The position numbers were made by a program, and so were the translations under genes. DNA of 63,731 nucleotides from Chiloscyllium plagiosum (Eukaryota), in contig NC_057720.1 in the NCBI RefSeq assembly GCF_004010195.1, positions 27,404,168 to 27,467,898 of the forward strand, given 5' to 3'. Numbering within the stretch: position 1 is the first letter of the stretch; each line of letters opens with the position of its first letter. The notes under the pieces were generated by a model. The model did not search any database. It was given only the letters and a program-made list of their open reading frames with translations, and was not told where the DNA came from. Of the stretch, positions 38,325 through 51,400 are shown piece after piece.

Positions 38325-39600
38325 GTCCTAGATAGTGTTGAGTTTCTTGAGTGTTATTGGAACTGCACACATCTGGGAAAGTGGAGAGTATTCCATTACA
38401 CTCTTGATCTTATGACTTGTGGATGGTAGACAGGCATTGAGTGCACAGCAGATGAATTAATCACTGCAGAATGCCTAGATTCTGACCTGCTGTTGTAGCC
38501 ATTGTATATTTATTGTGATCCATCTCAGTTTCTGGTAACTGGTGATTTGCAGCATGTTGATAATGGATGATTCATCAATGATAATGACATTGAATGTTAA
38601 GGGATAGTGGATCAATTGTCTTTTGGTGGAGATTGTCATTGCCTGGTACTTGCATGGCAAAATGTTATTTGCCACTTATTAGACATCCAAGTCTTGGGAC
38701 ATAGATTCAGTCTGCCTTGGTATCTCAGGGTGGCACAGTGGTTAGCATTGCTGCCTCCCAGTGCCAAGGACCTAGGTTCCATTCCAACCTCAGGTGACTG
38801 TCTGTGTGGAGTTTGCACATTCTCCCAGTGTCTGGGTTTCTGCCATGCTAAATTGCCCCATAGTGTCCAGCGATGAGCAGGCTAGGTGGATTAGTCAAAT
38901 GTGGGGTTGCGGGAATAGGGTGGATAGGGTGCTGTTCAGAGGGTCAATGTGGACTTGTTGGGCTGAATGACCTCAATCTGCACATGAGGAATTCCATGAT
39001 TTGTGAATATTGCTGAACATTTTGAATTATCTTTAAACGTCTCCTCTTCTTGTATGATTATCGGAAGCAGTTGAAAATAGTTGAGCCTAGGGCACTCCCC
39101 TGAGGAGGTCTTTTGGTTCCCCTTAATTTGCATTTACTCCAGATTTGCTAGTACTGGTTGCTGCCGTATCTAATCAGATGCTGGCTTGGTTTCACTCTCA
39201 CCCCACCTCTGAGGTTCAGCTGTTCTGTCCATGCTTGTACCAAGCCTGTAATAAAGTCTGGAGCTGAGATGCGCTGGCAGCTGAGTGTCACTGAGCATAT
39301 TATTCCTTTGGAAGTGCTGCTTCATAGCACTGACAAGACTCTCATGATTTTGCTGATGACTGAGAGTGAACTGATAGGGTAGTAAGTGGACTGGCATGAT
39401 TTGTCCTCCTTTTTTTGTGCACAGGACATACCTGGGCAATTTACACTTTTTCTGGTAGATGCCAATGTTGTAATCTGTGATGGAACAGATTAGAAAGAAT
39501 TACAGCTAGTTCTGGATCACTAGTCTTCAGTACTGTTGCCAGAAAGTCTTGGGGACCATAGTGTTCAGTAAGTAATGCCTTACACTTCTCCTTGAGGTCA
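38325..39600 (-). mobile_element. Decayed CR1/L2-group LINE, with a nested + strand V-SINE at about 38728-39000
   Basis: ORF remnants KWQITFC and KYQAMTIS; same family as 11311-11990; SINE head ggtggcacagtggttagc at about 38729. Confidence 0.65.
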
Positions 39601-39949
39601 GATTGTTACAACTCTGATGGTAGAAATGCACTGATAATCAAGCCCTAGTATTCCCCAGCTGTAACAGTGTAAATATTTTAATTTAGTTGACAAAATGACC
39701 AAGTTTATAACTGTTATTGAGAATAAAAGAGATTTGCATCAGGTTTCTTTAATAAGCTTCAAAAATAACTTCATTATTATAAATGAAACTTACTTCTTTA
39801 ACTAAGTGGTAAAAAGTAGTGAATAATTAAGCTATGTTCTGGAATTGAAGTAGATCTCTTTAATCCCAAGACATTTAGTCAACAAACAACAGAGCAACTT
39901 GCCAGCGATTATATGAGTTTTCCAGGGTTTATGAGGTAGTCAGAGATAC

Positions 39950-40810
39950 TAATCACAGAATTGTTATGATACAGAAAGCAGCCATATGGCCCATCTTGCC
40001 TGCATCAGTTTTCTAAGTATTTTGACAAGGTGCCATGCTCCTTCCCTTTCCTTGTAACCTGGTACATTGTTTCTATTTGAATAATTATCTTGTGTCCTTT
40101 TGAATACCTCAATTGAATCTGCCTCCATCACACTTGCAGGCAGTGCATTCCATTTTTTTCTCATCCCACATTTTCTTCATTTGTAAAACACTTTAAAACT
40201 GTGCCCACTTGTTCTTGATCTTTTTATGAGCTGAAACCATTTCATCCTGTCTACTCTGTCCACACCCCTCATGATTTTGAAGACTTCTATCAAATCTCCC
40301 TTAGCTTTTCTTGTCTCCAAGTAAAACAGTCCCATCTTCTCCAATCAATCCTCATAACTGAAGTTTCTTGCACCCAAATCTATTCTCGAAATCTTCTGCA
40401 ATGCATTCACATCCTTCCCGAACTTTGGGGTCCAGAACTGTACATAGAATTCCAATTCAGGTCTAACCAGTATCCCTTATAAGTTCAGCATAACATCCTT
40501 GCTGATGTACTCCGTGCCCCTATTTATGAAGCCGAGAATAATTTATGCTCTAATAACTGCTCTCCCTACCGATCCTACCAAGTTCAAAGACTTATGCACA
40601 TATGCACCCAGATCTGCCTGCTTCTGTATACCCTTTAGAATAGTACTCTTTCTTTTGAAGTGCCTCTCCATGTTTTTGCATCAAAGTGTATCACCTCACA
40701 CCTCTTTGCATTGAACAACATCTGCCACCAATCCAACCTTTTGAAGTTTTGCACCGTCATTCTAAGTTTACAATTCTCCCATAATGAATGTCATCCACAA
40801 ACTTTGAAAT
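39950..40810 (-). mobile_element. CR1 LINE 3' portion
   Basis: ORF 39964..40164 WNALPASVMEADSIEVFKR; upstream ORF2 remnants. Confidence 0.8.
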
Positions 40811-41637
40811 CTGGAATTGATGTCTGGATCTTCCTTAAATTTCCAGAAATATCTTACTAAGAGAAAGATCTGTGCAACTTGTCCATACTTTTCCCTTCTG
40901 CACAATTTGGAGAAAACAGGCACCAACCCAGAAGCATGTTGCCAGGCAGCCTTCAGCACATAGGCCCCCATCTCATCAAAACCAAATTTATCTTATAATT
41001 AAAGCCATGAACCTTGTAGATAATCTCTCAAAAGCTTTCTTTATCTCCTTCCAAAGTTACTTGACTTTACAGTAATTAATAGGTGGATCACATTCACGTT
41101 ACTCCAGAACTAGTCCAGTAAATCATATGTCCCTTCAAAATTTTGGCAAATGCTTAACATAGTTGAAGACTGACATCTATGATGCTGGTCACATTAGGAG
41201 GAGACCAGAATAGATCATCCAGTCAACATGTTTGGCTGAAGATGGATGTAAATGCTTTATTCTTGTCTTTTGCACTGATGTGCTAGGCTTCCTGTCATTG
41301 AGAACTGAGGATATTGGTGAAGCCTCCTTCTCCTGTTAATTGTTTGATTGTTCACTATCATTCATGGCTGGATGTGGCAGGACAGCAGAGCTTGATTATG
41401 GATTGCTTAGCCTGGTCTAATGCAAAATGATGTTTCTATTTGGCATGCAAATAGTTCTATGTTGCAACTTCAGCAGATTAACATCTCATTCTTAGATATC
41501 CCTGGTGCCGCTCCTGACTGCCCTCCCACACTTTGCACTGACCCAAGGTTTATCTGTGGAATTTATAGTAATGATAGTGTGGTCTATACATAGGACTATG
41601 AAGTTATAGATTTTGGTTGAGTGCAATTTTTCTGCTG

Positions 41638-41749
41638 GAGGCTTAATAATAAGCCCTTCCTGAAGAAGGGCTTATGCCCGAAACGTCGATTCTCCTGTTC
41701 CCTGGATGCTGCCTGACCTGCTGCGCTTTTCCAGCAACATATTTCCGGC
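41638..41749 (+). mobile_element. Penelope-like terminal fragment (family A) with micro-inversion, inside an old LINE (about 41220-41900)
   Basis: 16-bp TSD tgcaatttttctgctg at 41622-41637 and 41750-41765; intact CUGAAGA..GAAACGUC at 41660-41687. Confidence 0.85.
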
Positions 41750-42567
41750 TGCAATTTTTCTGCTGCTGAAGTTCCATGTCACGTGATTGTTTAGTTTTGA
41801 ATTGCAAAATCTTTTGGAAGTTTGTCCCATTTTGGATAGCAGTAGTCATCATGGGGGAGGGGGTAACCTCAATGTGAAGCCAAGCCGTTGTCTCCCCAAG
41901 GAGTTTGCTGTTATCACTCCTGCCAGAATGGCCACATTTGCAAATGGTGGATTGGTGAGGAAAAGGTTAAGTAGATCGTGTTTTATATTTAATATGTGCG
42001 TCTGTGCAAAAAGTTTCAAAGATAGCTTGTGTTGAAATACGTATAAAAAATATTTTAGGGGAACCATTACTTCATACTCTCGTTTATGATAAAAACATTT
42101 GGCAGTTGTGAATTATGCATTTCTGATGGTTATCAAGTCAAATAGAGTATGCATCTTTGTGAAAGAATTTCAGTGTTTTTGGACTTAGAAAGATATTGAC
42201 AATCTTTAGTGTAGATGATTGCAGCATCTCTAAGTAGTTCTGAATGTTGTCATTTGGTATTGCTGCAGGGGGCTGGACAATGCCATCTGTGGTCATTCAG
42301 CCATCACATAATGGTGACACGATACAGATGCTGTCATAGTTGGATCTTTCATCATCTTTGCAAGACTGAGCACTGTCTTTCCTCACTGAACACAATCAGA
42401 CTACTGCTGCTGTGCGTTCCCTTCTGTAATTAGAAGCAGATGATTGTTGGCATGGCTTTATGTCTATTTGTTCACTAGTCAATCAGCCGACCTATTAGAA
42501 CTATCAAAGCTCTGTATTGGATACTGAGATGGGTAGAATTCTGATGCCAACTTTTGCTTCTTGCAGT

Positions 42568-42790
42568 TATAGTGATTGTCATTAGCTCAGCCAAATGGAC
42601 CTCATAGAATATGAGTTTCCTGATTGGAGCTGTTAATCTGGTTCAGTAAGGGAGCCCTGGCTGACAGATAAAAAGAAGAGTGTCAAACACTTTGTCACAC
42701 TGAGAGCTGGATCGGAGGAAGCTGGATCAGTGTCAAAGGCTTCCTGTTGGGTAAGTAAAAGGTGACTTGGTGACGTACTTATATATTCAG
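42568..42790 (+). mobile_element. Solo LTR related to the Gypsy LTRs at 15371 and 19040
   Basis: tatagtgattgt..agaatatgagtttcctgattggagctgttaatctgg..tgacagata aligns with the minus strand of 19211-19323. Confidence 0.75.
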
Positions 42791-42889
42791 CTGTACTATT
42801 TTATTCCTTGATCTCAGCTTCTCAAATTGTTTTGCATAAACTCCAAGATTAGTTTATTGTTTAGATTCACCAAGTATGTAATGGGATAA

Positions 42890-42988
42890 CTACAGCCATA
42901 CTAGTCTGAAAACATCTGACCTTAGAGGCTAAGCAGAGTTAGATCTGGTTAATACTTGGAAAGGAGTCAGCCTGAGAATACCAGGTTC
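42890..42988 (+). pseudogene. 5S rRNA-derived sequence (pseudogene or SINE3-type head)
   Basis: ctacagccatactagtctgaaaac..gctaagcag..ctggttaatacttgga..gcctgagaataccaggt aligns with vertebrate 5S rRNA, with a deletion of about 10 nt and CpG decay. Confidence 0.8.
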
Positions 42989-42996
42989 GGCAAGTT

Positions 42997-43097
42997 AAGG
43001 GCTCATTTGGTGTTAGTAATGTCCCTACCTCCAGACCAGGAATCACATGTCCAAGTCCCATTTGCTCCAGAGGTATGTAATAATATCTGTGAACAGG
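42997..43097 (+). mobile_element. Short tRNA-derived SINE
   Basis: Homologous to the minus-strand copies at 63420-63535 and about 54290-54375. Confidence 0.6.
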
Positions 43098-43124
43098 TTG
43101 ATTGGAAAATCTCTATCATGCATG

Positions 43125-43430
43125 TGATGGTGGAGGAGTGATGTTGTTACTGAACTCATGACTAGAGGCTTGAACTCATCTTCCAGGGTCATGAGTTTAA
43201 AACCTACCATAGCAGCTGGATAGCTTATATTTAATAACTTAATAAATCCATATTAAAAAAAACCTCAGGAACATTGATCACAAAACCATCGAATTGTCAT
43301 AAAAAGCATTTGGTTTGCTAGCTGGAAGGAAATTCACTGTCTGTACCTGGTCTTACACACATGTGACTCTAGTACCACAACAATGGGCTTGATTCCTAGT
43401 TGCCCTTTACTGAGCTAACAAGCCACTGAG
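43125..43430 (+). mobile_element. tRNA-derived SINE (same family as 35990-36340)
   Basis: aaaaccatcgaattgtcataaaaagcatttgg..ggaaggaaatt..acctggtct core. Confidence 0.55.
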
Positions 43431-43499
43431 CCAAATGAAATCACTACAGAAGTTGACTGTAGATCTGATGTTTTTGCCATAATAAGACCTGTCTAAAAG

Positions 43500-44370
43500 T
43501 ACAGAAAAGCAACAGCCTGGTATAGACATACTCATCAAATTGTGCTTACAACCGTTGTTCTGGAATTCTCCCTCATAATGCTTGACAGAATTACCAGAAG
43601 GGGCAGCACAGTGATGTACATTGGAAAGGAGTGCTTTGCAAATACTTCATGCACTGTTGCATCTCATGTTGGATCTGATGCCAATGGACATCATGAACAA
43701 GAAAGTTTCTTGCTGATTATCATTGGCCACCCTCTCTCAACTGGCGATCAGTGCTCCTTCATTTTGAACACCACATGAAAGAAGCACTGAGGGTAGCAAT
43801 GTATTCTGGATGAGGGATTTGAAAATTCTTCACCAGAGTGGCTCAGTAGTGCAACTGCTGGTTGAATTGGTCACGTCCTGAAGGACATAACTGCCAGACT
43901 GGGCTTGAAACAGATGGTAATAGAATCAGCAAGAGGGAAATGCCGATTTGACCTTGTGCTCACCAGAAGATATATCAGTCTATTGGAAACTGCAAGCACC
44001 AATCAGTCATTATGAAGTTGATCATAACTTCACACTGAGGCCATTTCAACCGTGTTATATATACTACTGCCACTGTGATAAGTAGAATTGATTTAGAACT
44101 GATTTAGCAATTTAAAACTGACATGAGGCACTGTAGACCATCAGAAGCAGCAGAATTATATCCAACCACAATCTGTAAGCCCAGACCCAACCAAACCATT
44201 CGAGCCAGAGGTTCAGTTGTAAAAGATGAGATGCCAGAATAGTGGATGACATGCATGTAAAACTGATAATCAGCAGCCAAAAGACAGAGCTAAGAGATCC
44301 CCTAGCTATTGAATCAGATCAAACCTCTGCAGTCATTCGTGAATGGTGGTCAATCATTGAACAACTAATA
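43500..44370 (+). mobile_element. Decayed LINE endonuclease/tether region
   Basis: Remnants HQSGSV, GLKQMV..RGKCRFDLVLT and REWWSIIEQL. Confidence 0.55.
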
Positions 44371-44384
44371 GAAGGGGGAAAGCT

Positions 44385-44995
44385 CCATGGAGGGAACAGT
44401 CTTTGCGGAAGGTGGAAAGGAGTGGGGAGGGAAGTATATCCCTGGTGGCAGGGTCCGTTTGGAGGTGGCGGAAATGTTGGCGGATGGTTTGGTTTATGCG
44501 AAAGGTTTATGGTAGGGTGGAAGGTGAGCACCAGGGGCGTTCTGTCCTTGTTACGGTTGGAGGGGTGGGGTCTGAGGGCGGAGGTGCGGGATGGTGTCAA
44601 GTCGGTCATCATTAATGGAGATGGAGAGGTCCAGGAAGGGGAGGGAGGTGTCAGAGATGGTCCAGGTAAATTTAAGGTCAGGGTGAAGTTAATGAATTGC
44701 TCAACCTCCTCGCGGGAGCGCGAGGTGGCGCCAATGCAGTCATCAGTGTAGCGGAGGAAGAGGTGGGGAGTGGTGCCGGTGTAATTATGGAAGATGGACT
44801 GTTCTGCGTAGCCAACAAAGAGACAGGCATAGCTGGGGCCCATACATGTGCCCATGGCTATCCCTTTGCTGTGGAGGAAGTGGGAGAATTCGAAGGAGAA
44901 ATTGTTAAGGGTGAGGACCAGTTCGGCCAAACGAATGAGAGTGTCGGTGGAAGGGTACTGTTGGGGATGTCGGGAGAGGAAGAAACGGAGGACTT
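44385..44995 (-). mobile_element. Penelope-like element reverse transcriptase fragment
   Basis: ORF 44319..44930: LVLTLNNFSF..KGIAMGTCMGPSYACLFVG..FLRYTDDCIG (PLE RT motifs); internal deletions. Confidence 0.9.
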
Positions 44996-47779
44996 ACTCA
45001 CATTTTCTGACCTCCAATTCCCACTTTTTCTTGTCTTCCATTTCAGATCTACTAGTCTACTCTGTTACTTAGTTGATCTAAAGGGATTTACTCATATTTG
45101 CTTCAATTGACAGATGTTGCATCTATAGGTGTAGTAGTAAATCTATATTCATACCATGAGATCTGAAGAAGAGAAAGATTTAGCCAACTTATCTAATAAG
45201 CTTATCACAAAGCTAACATGAAATTTATCATTTACAACCCTCTGAACAGTTTGTCGTGTTAAAATATTTGCATGCTTATCGGTCTGTCACTAGTTCATTG
45301 ATGATTAAGATACATTTTTGGGAAATTCCATCTAACATGTGACTGCATGCATGCAAGTACCTATAATCACTGTTAACTGCATTAGTAAGCCCATTTCGAA
45401 GTGTGTTAATATAAGTCCAGTATCCCATGCAACTGGCATGCTTGACATTCAGTCAGAAAGATTTGAATTTGATTTTAGCTTTGCTTACATTTGATAAGTT
45501 GATGAAAATTGAAGGAGAAGGAAGGGAGAAGTATTTGTGATTTTTATGCAGTTTGTGATGCACTGAGCCAGTGTACTTCTGACCTTTATACTGTGTAGGA
45601 CAACAGTTGATGACTGCAATAATTTTGACATAAAATGAGGTAATTCTGAGATAAGGTCAAGTAAAAATGTTAATGTTTTGTAGCAATTCTTTGGTAGAAT
45701 TTTAAAGATTAATAGGCTTACCTCATAATGGAACTGGAGCACAATGAAGTTTGTACTTTGATTTGTGCTTTCATGTTACCTTTAACACAAAAGATATTGT
45801 GGATACTTTGCAGTTTGCATTGAAATTTAATTAGGAAGAAATTAGAGGCAGTGGCCAAAGGAGTGGAGCTGGCTGAGTAAGATTTAAGAAGACTTTTAAT
45901 GATGAACCAAGTTTAGACCATACACAGACCGGAGTTAGGGATAAATAGACAGATTTCTGATTGGTTTAATTTGTATTAGAATAATGGAGCCAAATTTAAG
46001 ATTGAAATTTTTGAACTGTCCATCAGACCATTGGAAGTAGACAGAACAGGAACTGTGTGATCATGATTTTCACCTTAGCTAGATGAATGTGATGAAACTT
46101 CATATGTGTTAGGATTCAGATCGTGAGACTAATATATTGAATTATGGTGTGGGAAAAGGCATGTTTGAGGGTTTCATTGGGAAAGACATTGTTCATGGAA
46201 AGATTTTAAAGATAATACTGTGTATAAGCTCTACCTCCTGTGAAAGTCAGTCCTTTTTTTTAAATCCGAAATATCGTATATTTTCATCTATCTTAATCAA
46301 GGTGAGCTAGGTTTTTCAGGGATCAAAGGCCAAAAATTTCAGAACCACAAGTATAATCTCTTCAGTAACATTGAAAACCTCGATTAATGATTCTGCTTTT
46401 AAAAAAAGGATGCAGGTGCCAACTTCCAGAATGACATTAAATATATGAATTCCGGCACCCATGTCCTGAACCATTCCCGTCAACCTTTTTATGGAAGTGA
46501 AACTGTAGGAACAAGCAATGAAGTGAACTGGAGTGCTCAGTGTCCGCTTTGACATCTATGTCAGTATTATCATTGTTTATCTCTGGTTTATATACTAGCT
46601 GATTATCTCTAGCTGATGTGCTATTAGACAAGCCATATCCCAGACTAAAACTTGGCTTGATAGGCATTTTTTTGTTATTTAACATGATGCTCATTCACTG
46701 AGACATATTCACATAAGGGTGCAGATTTTTCTTTCCAGTAAAACAATATTTAATGCACAAAGTACAAAAACAAAAATAAAGTAGGCTACCTTGATATAGA
46801 AGACTGTTTTGAAAGGTCTTAAAATGCACAGTAAACAAATTTTCAACTTATTTCCTAGCACCCATGCATTTTTAGAGATTCAAGTCTACCCGTTAGTTCT
46901 TCAGGATTCTATTTAACTGACTCCTGACAGTTTCTTTACCATGGACAGTGGAACAGTTAAATGATTTTGTTTTCCCAAACCTACCAACATGAACTCCTCC
47001 ACATCTCAAGACCTAAGGTTTCTCAGTTCTTACTACTTCTAGACATTTAACCGGAATCTTCTGGTTTGGAAGTTTCACAAACTAACCTTCTACTGAGATG
47101 GCTCTGTTTTCCCTGATCTATCCTATACTCCTGTATAGGCAGTAAACAAAACTTGTTTCTGACCACAGTCAGATGTCCTCTGAACTGCCCTAAAAGCTTT
47201 CAGTCTCTGAATTTCTAAATTAAAATAATCCTTGATAATCTGAACTGAAAACAAGGTCTTGGACTTCCATGGTTATAAGTCTCATGATATAAGCATATTA
47301 TTTCATTATAACTCCAGTGGTTTGCAGTCACCTGCTCTCACACACATACTTGACTATCTTTGTGCCAGAACGACTCTCTAATCTAAATCCTTCAAAGAGT
47401 AATCAGTAACCATATGCTATTATTTTTAAATCTATATTTCAAAGATGTCTATAATTGATTTATAAATTATACACGGTACATCACATTGTACTTTCGCTTG
47501 GTTTCTGTATCCTTTTAAATCATCAGTGATTTCTTCATCTTTAACAGTAGTTATTCAAAAATAATCTTTTTGTGCCACTTAATTCAAGTATAGATAATGA
47601 TCATAATTATTTCTCTTCAGGTGTTGTTCCTCTCTCTTTTACAACACATGTCAATATCCCTTCCACAAAAACCAACCCTTGACCCCCACCATACTTGCAA
47701 ACAACAGGCCCATCTCCAACTTCCATTTCCTGTTTGCCAGGGTTTGCTCCGATCTGATTCACAAAGTTTCAGATGAATT

Positions 47780-48140
47780 TTCCACTCCAGAGTTTGAATA
47801 CAAAATATAGTCTGTAGTATAGTACTGAGGGAGTACTTAATGCACTCTCACCGGTTACTGTTAAACCAATGCTTCATCTGCATGCTTCAGTGGACATACA
47901 AGGTCCAGGCACTATATTGAAGAAGAGAAGGGCAGTTACCCCAGTGTCCTGACCAATATTTATTTTTCAACAAAGAGTATTTGGTGATTATTCCATTACT
48001 TTTTTGCAATATTGCAGTATACAAATTGCCTGCCTCATATCCTTCATTGCAACAGTGACTGTGCTTCAAAAATATTTAATTGCCTATAATTCATCCAGTA
48101 GTTGTGAAAGGTGCAGTATGAATGCAAACTTGTTTTTGTT
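47780..48140 (+). mobile_element. DeuSINE-like element (SacSINE1/AmnSINE-type central domain)
   Basis: gttaaacc..ggcactatattgaagaagagaagggcagttaccccagtgtcctgaccaatattt domain and L2-like tail gtgaaaggtgcagtatgaatgcaa. Confidence 0.65.
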
Positions 48141-48665
48141 TGTGCATTTTTATTTGGATCCTACAATATTCTGTTTTAGTTCTACTGCTGGCTGTATATC
48201 CAAAATTTAGCAAGTTGGAAGTAGAAGATGCTGACTGCAGAGCACCTTATGGGCTAGAAGGAGCAAAAGGGATTTCACCCTATCCTGTCTATTCCTGACT
48301 ACAAATGCCAATCCTACTCTTGTCTTCAACACCACCTCATGTAGAGCTCCTTAACTCCTGCTTGATGGGTATTTTCCAAAATTTGGTAGCTGGCCAACTC
48401 TCCATTTGGCGATCTGCAAAGCAGAATCTGGAAAAAGGAAATTATAACCAGGTCCTTCTATTAAAACACCCTTGTCACTTACCTTGCCAGAAGTTTCCTG
48501 CGCTGCAGCACTCCCTCACACTCTCCTAGTTTCTGATAAATATTGGGTAAACATTGCATAGCTTCTGGACTCTGAATACTATGGTAAGACATTAGTACAA
48601 TACCAAAGCAGGGATATTAAAATAGTCAAGGATATGATAAAATGCACACTTTTAATTTATGTAGC

Positions 48666-48781
48666 ACATAGAGTCATAGAGATGTACAGCATGGAAACAG
48701 ACCCTTCGGTCCAACCCGTCCATGCCGACCAGATATCCCAACCCAATCTAGTCCCACCTGCCAGCACCCGATCCATATCCC
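48666..48781 (-). mobile_element. Young CR1 LINE 3' tail
   Basis: catagagtcatagagatgtacagcatggaaacagacccttcggtcc. Confidence 0.75.
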
Positions 48782-51216
48782 ACATCCTGTATCACAACAC
48801 ATGTTTCATCCAATGAATTACTTTTACAGTCTGGTCATCATTGTAATGTAGGTAAAATTAGTTACAGGTACTGCAAGGTAGCCCTTGAACAGCAACCAAT
48901 AAAAGGTAGATAGATATCACAAATGTTAACTAGGCTTGTGGTTGAATTTCTAGTTTCCAGCTTTTTTTCTGCCATGTTCTGATTAAATGGGGACAATCAA
49001 TTTAGTTGTAAGAGAGCTGAACATTTGACACTTTAATTTCTGAATCAGAAATAAGCCCTGTCTGCACAGGGTGGCAATCTTGCGAATGTAAGTTTTGCAA
49101 ATGTCAATGAAACAAACAGGTACCACATAACTGTGATTCACAGCAAATCTGTGATGCAGTCCAAAATGAAATCATTTGTCATCTTTTACTTTTTAAACAT
49201 AATTGTATTATTGGTGGTATATACCTATATTTGTTGTCTGTCTTGAACAGTAATCTATGCTGAGACACCTTTAATGATTTAGAAACAGATCTTTATATAA
49301 CTGCATAAGGCAATGTGATCTGTCAAATTTCTGATACTTTTCCCCCAAAGAATTAATATCTGAAATTTATTTCTTTGGGGTTGCTACAATTCCTATTTGT
49401 TAATGAATTTCCTCTCAGAATTGACATTTTTACATTATTGTTAACATCATAGAGTTAGTTCCTGATTGTCAGAATTGTGTCAGTTTCAAAATTTTGTGCA
49501 TCTCATTACGAATGTTTTCAATATTTTATAACAAAAAGCATGTAAATACAGAATAGTCAATTAAGTTAGCTGCAGAAGTAGTCATCTTAACTATATAGCT
49601 AGTCATCCAACTGTCATGTTAATGATCATAGTCTAATGATTAATCGTTCGTCAGGGATTGATGCACTTTATTTAAAACAGTAAAATACTTTCCAAGCTAT
49701 TAAACAGACATTGCAGCAAACAATTTGGTTTCTGTATATGCAGTACAGCTGCAGATGAGCTGTCAGGGAGAGTTCTACTGTTGTGTATACACAACACATG
49801 ATGTTCTTAAAGGTGAAGTACACAAACAACACCAACTCGAGTGATTAGTTTAGTCCTCAAGAAAATATCCAGAGTCTGTTTTGGTCTATTGCAGTAACAC
49901 ATTTTTTAGGATGATGACAGCACATGACACTTTAGGTATAGAGATTATTGTGAGCTGATCCATTAAGGACTGCTGCATTAAAAAAAAGTTACAGTAACAT
50001 AATTTTCAATGTGTATCTGTGGTTAATATAGCACTGTTGTAACCATGCTGCATGAAGATGATCTAGAAAGTTTATTAACAATTTTGAAAAATAAATTGGA
50101 ACTTCAGTTTCTTTGCAACTACGGACATACATAGTAGGATTCTACTGACCTGGAAAACTGCAACAACAGTGCATTCTGGGAAAATTAGCTAATTCAATAT
50201 TAGCAAGGCTGAATGTACTAAATATTAACCTGGGGCTACACAATATCAATACGAAGGATTTGGGAGGTGAATGTTTGCAATTTCACCTCCGCATGACCTC
50301 CTAAGCTTAAACAGAGAGATTCTACAGCTTGTCTAAGTTACAAGTTTGAGCTTTATCAGCTTTATCATCTTTATCTCCAAAAATATAAAATCTGCCATTT
50401 AGCAAACCACTGTAGCTACAATGAAGAAATATGATTATTATACTTTCAATACAGTCAAGTATTTACTGATTGAAATCATTACTATATATAGGCAAATAGA
50501 AGCTTAATAACTTAGTTGTATTTTAGCAGGAAAATGCTTGAATTGATAGTTTCAGCAGTTAAAATGTTTTCTTGATTAATTTGGGCTGGGAATAAGAGAA
50601 CTTCATTCAGTGTTTCACAGATTTCAATACAGGATACCTCTTCGACTCAGATTGAATGTTCAAATGCTTGAGACAACTTTGCCTTCCAGGGTAAACTAGT
50701 AGAGTGGGCACTACACAAGACATTGGCAGACATCAACTTTTTCACAAGTTGTTGTACCTGATGAAAAGTGTTCACCCAAGATTGGATTTTGGAATACACA
50801 AAGGCAATAACTGAGTGATTGAGAAGATTCATATATGAGGTTACGGAGAATACAGGCACAGAGTTGTTTGCTGACCAACCCTTCATATTGATGGAGAGGG
50901 CAAGGAAGTTGGAGATGTGACAACAAAAGTTAGGGCAGTTCCTTTCACAGGCAGCTGGATTTTGAGGGGAAAGGTACTGACTGTTGTGATGAGAAGAGTG
51001 ATTGTGAAAAGGCTTTAAATAGTACTTAAGGAGAGGGAGCCATTTGTCAACTAAGATGGAGTTAAGCAAGGGGAATAAGGTGATCATTCGTGTCAGAAAT
51101 GGTACATGGGTCTCATGAATCAGGACAGCTTAGTGGGGGCATGTGGGAAACGGGAGAGAGACCAGAGATAACTGAATTTAGGATTCAGTCAGTTGGGAGC
51201 TTAGGTGAAGAAGTGC

Positions 51217-51400
51217 CGGTTAGGTGGATTGGCCATGGTAAATTGTCCGGGGATGTGCAGGCTAGGTGTCTTTGCCATGGGAAATGCATTGTTGCAGGGA
51301 TAGAAGAAGGGAGTGGATCTGGGTGGGATTCTCTGTGGAGGCTCGGTGTAGACTCAATGGTCCAAATGGTCCGCTTCCACACTGTGGGGATTCTATGATT
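51217..51400 (+). mobile_element. V-SINE 3' half, within old L2-like sequence
   Basis: ggttaggtggattggccatgg...cacactgtggggattctatgatt. Confidence 0.75.

Noticed and set aside
42890..42988. Functional 5S rRNA gene
   Set aside because: Internal deletion, many substitutions, no 3' end or oligo-T terminator, and not in a tandem array
45730..47420. Possible old LTR-element or gag remnants
   Set aside because: No diagnostic protein motif or paired termini could be established
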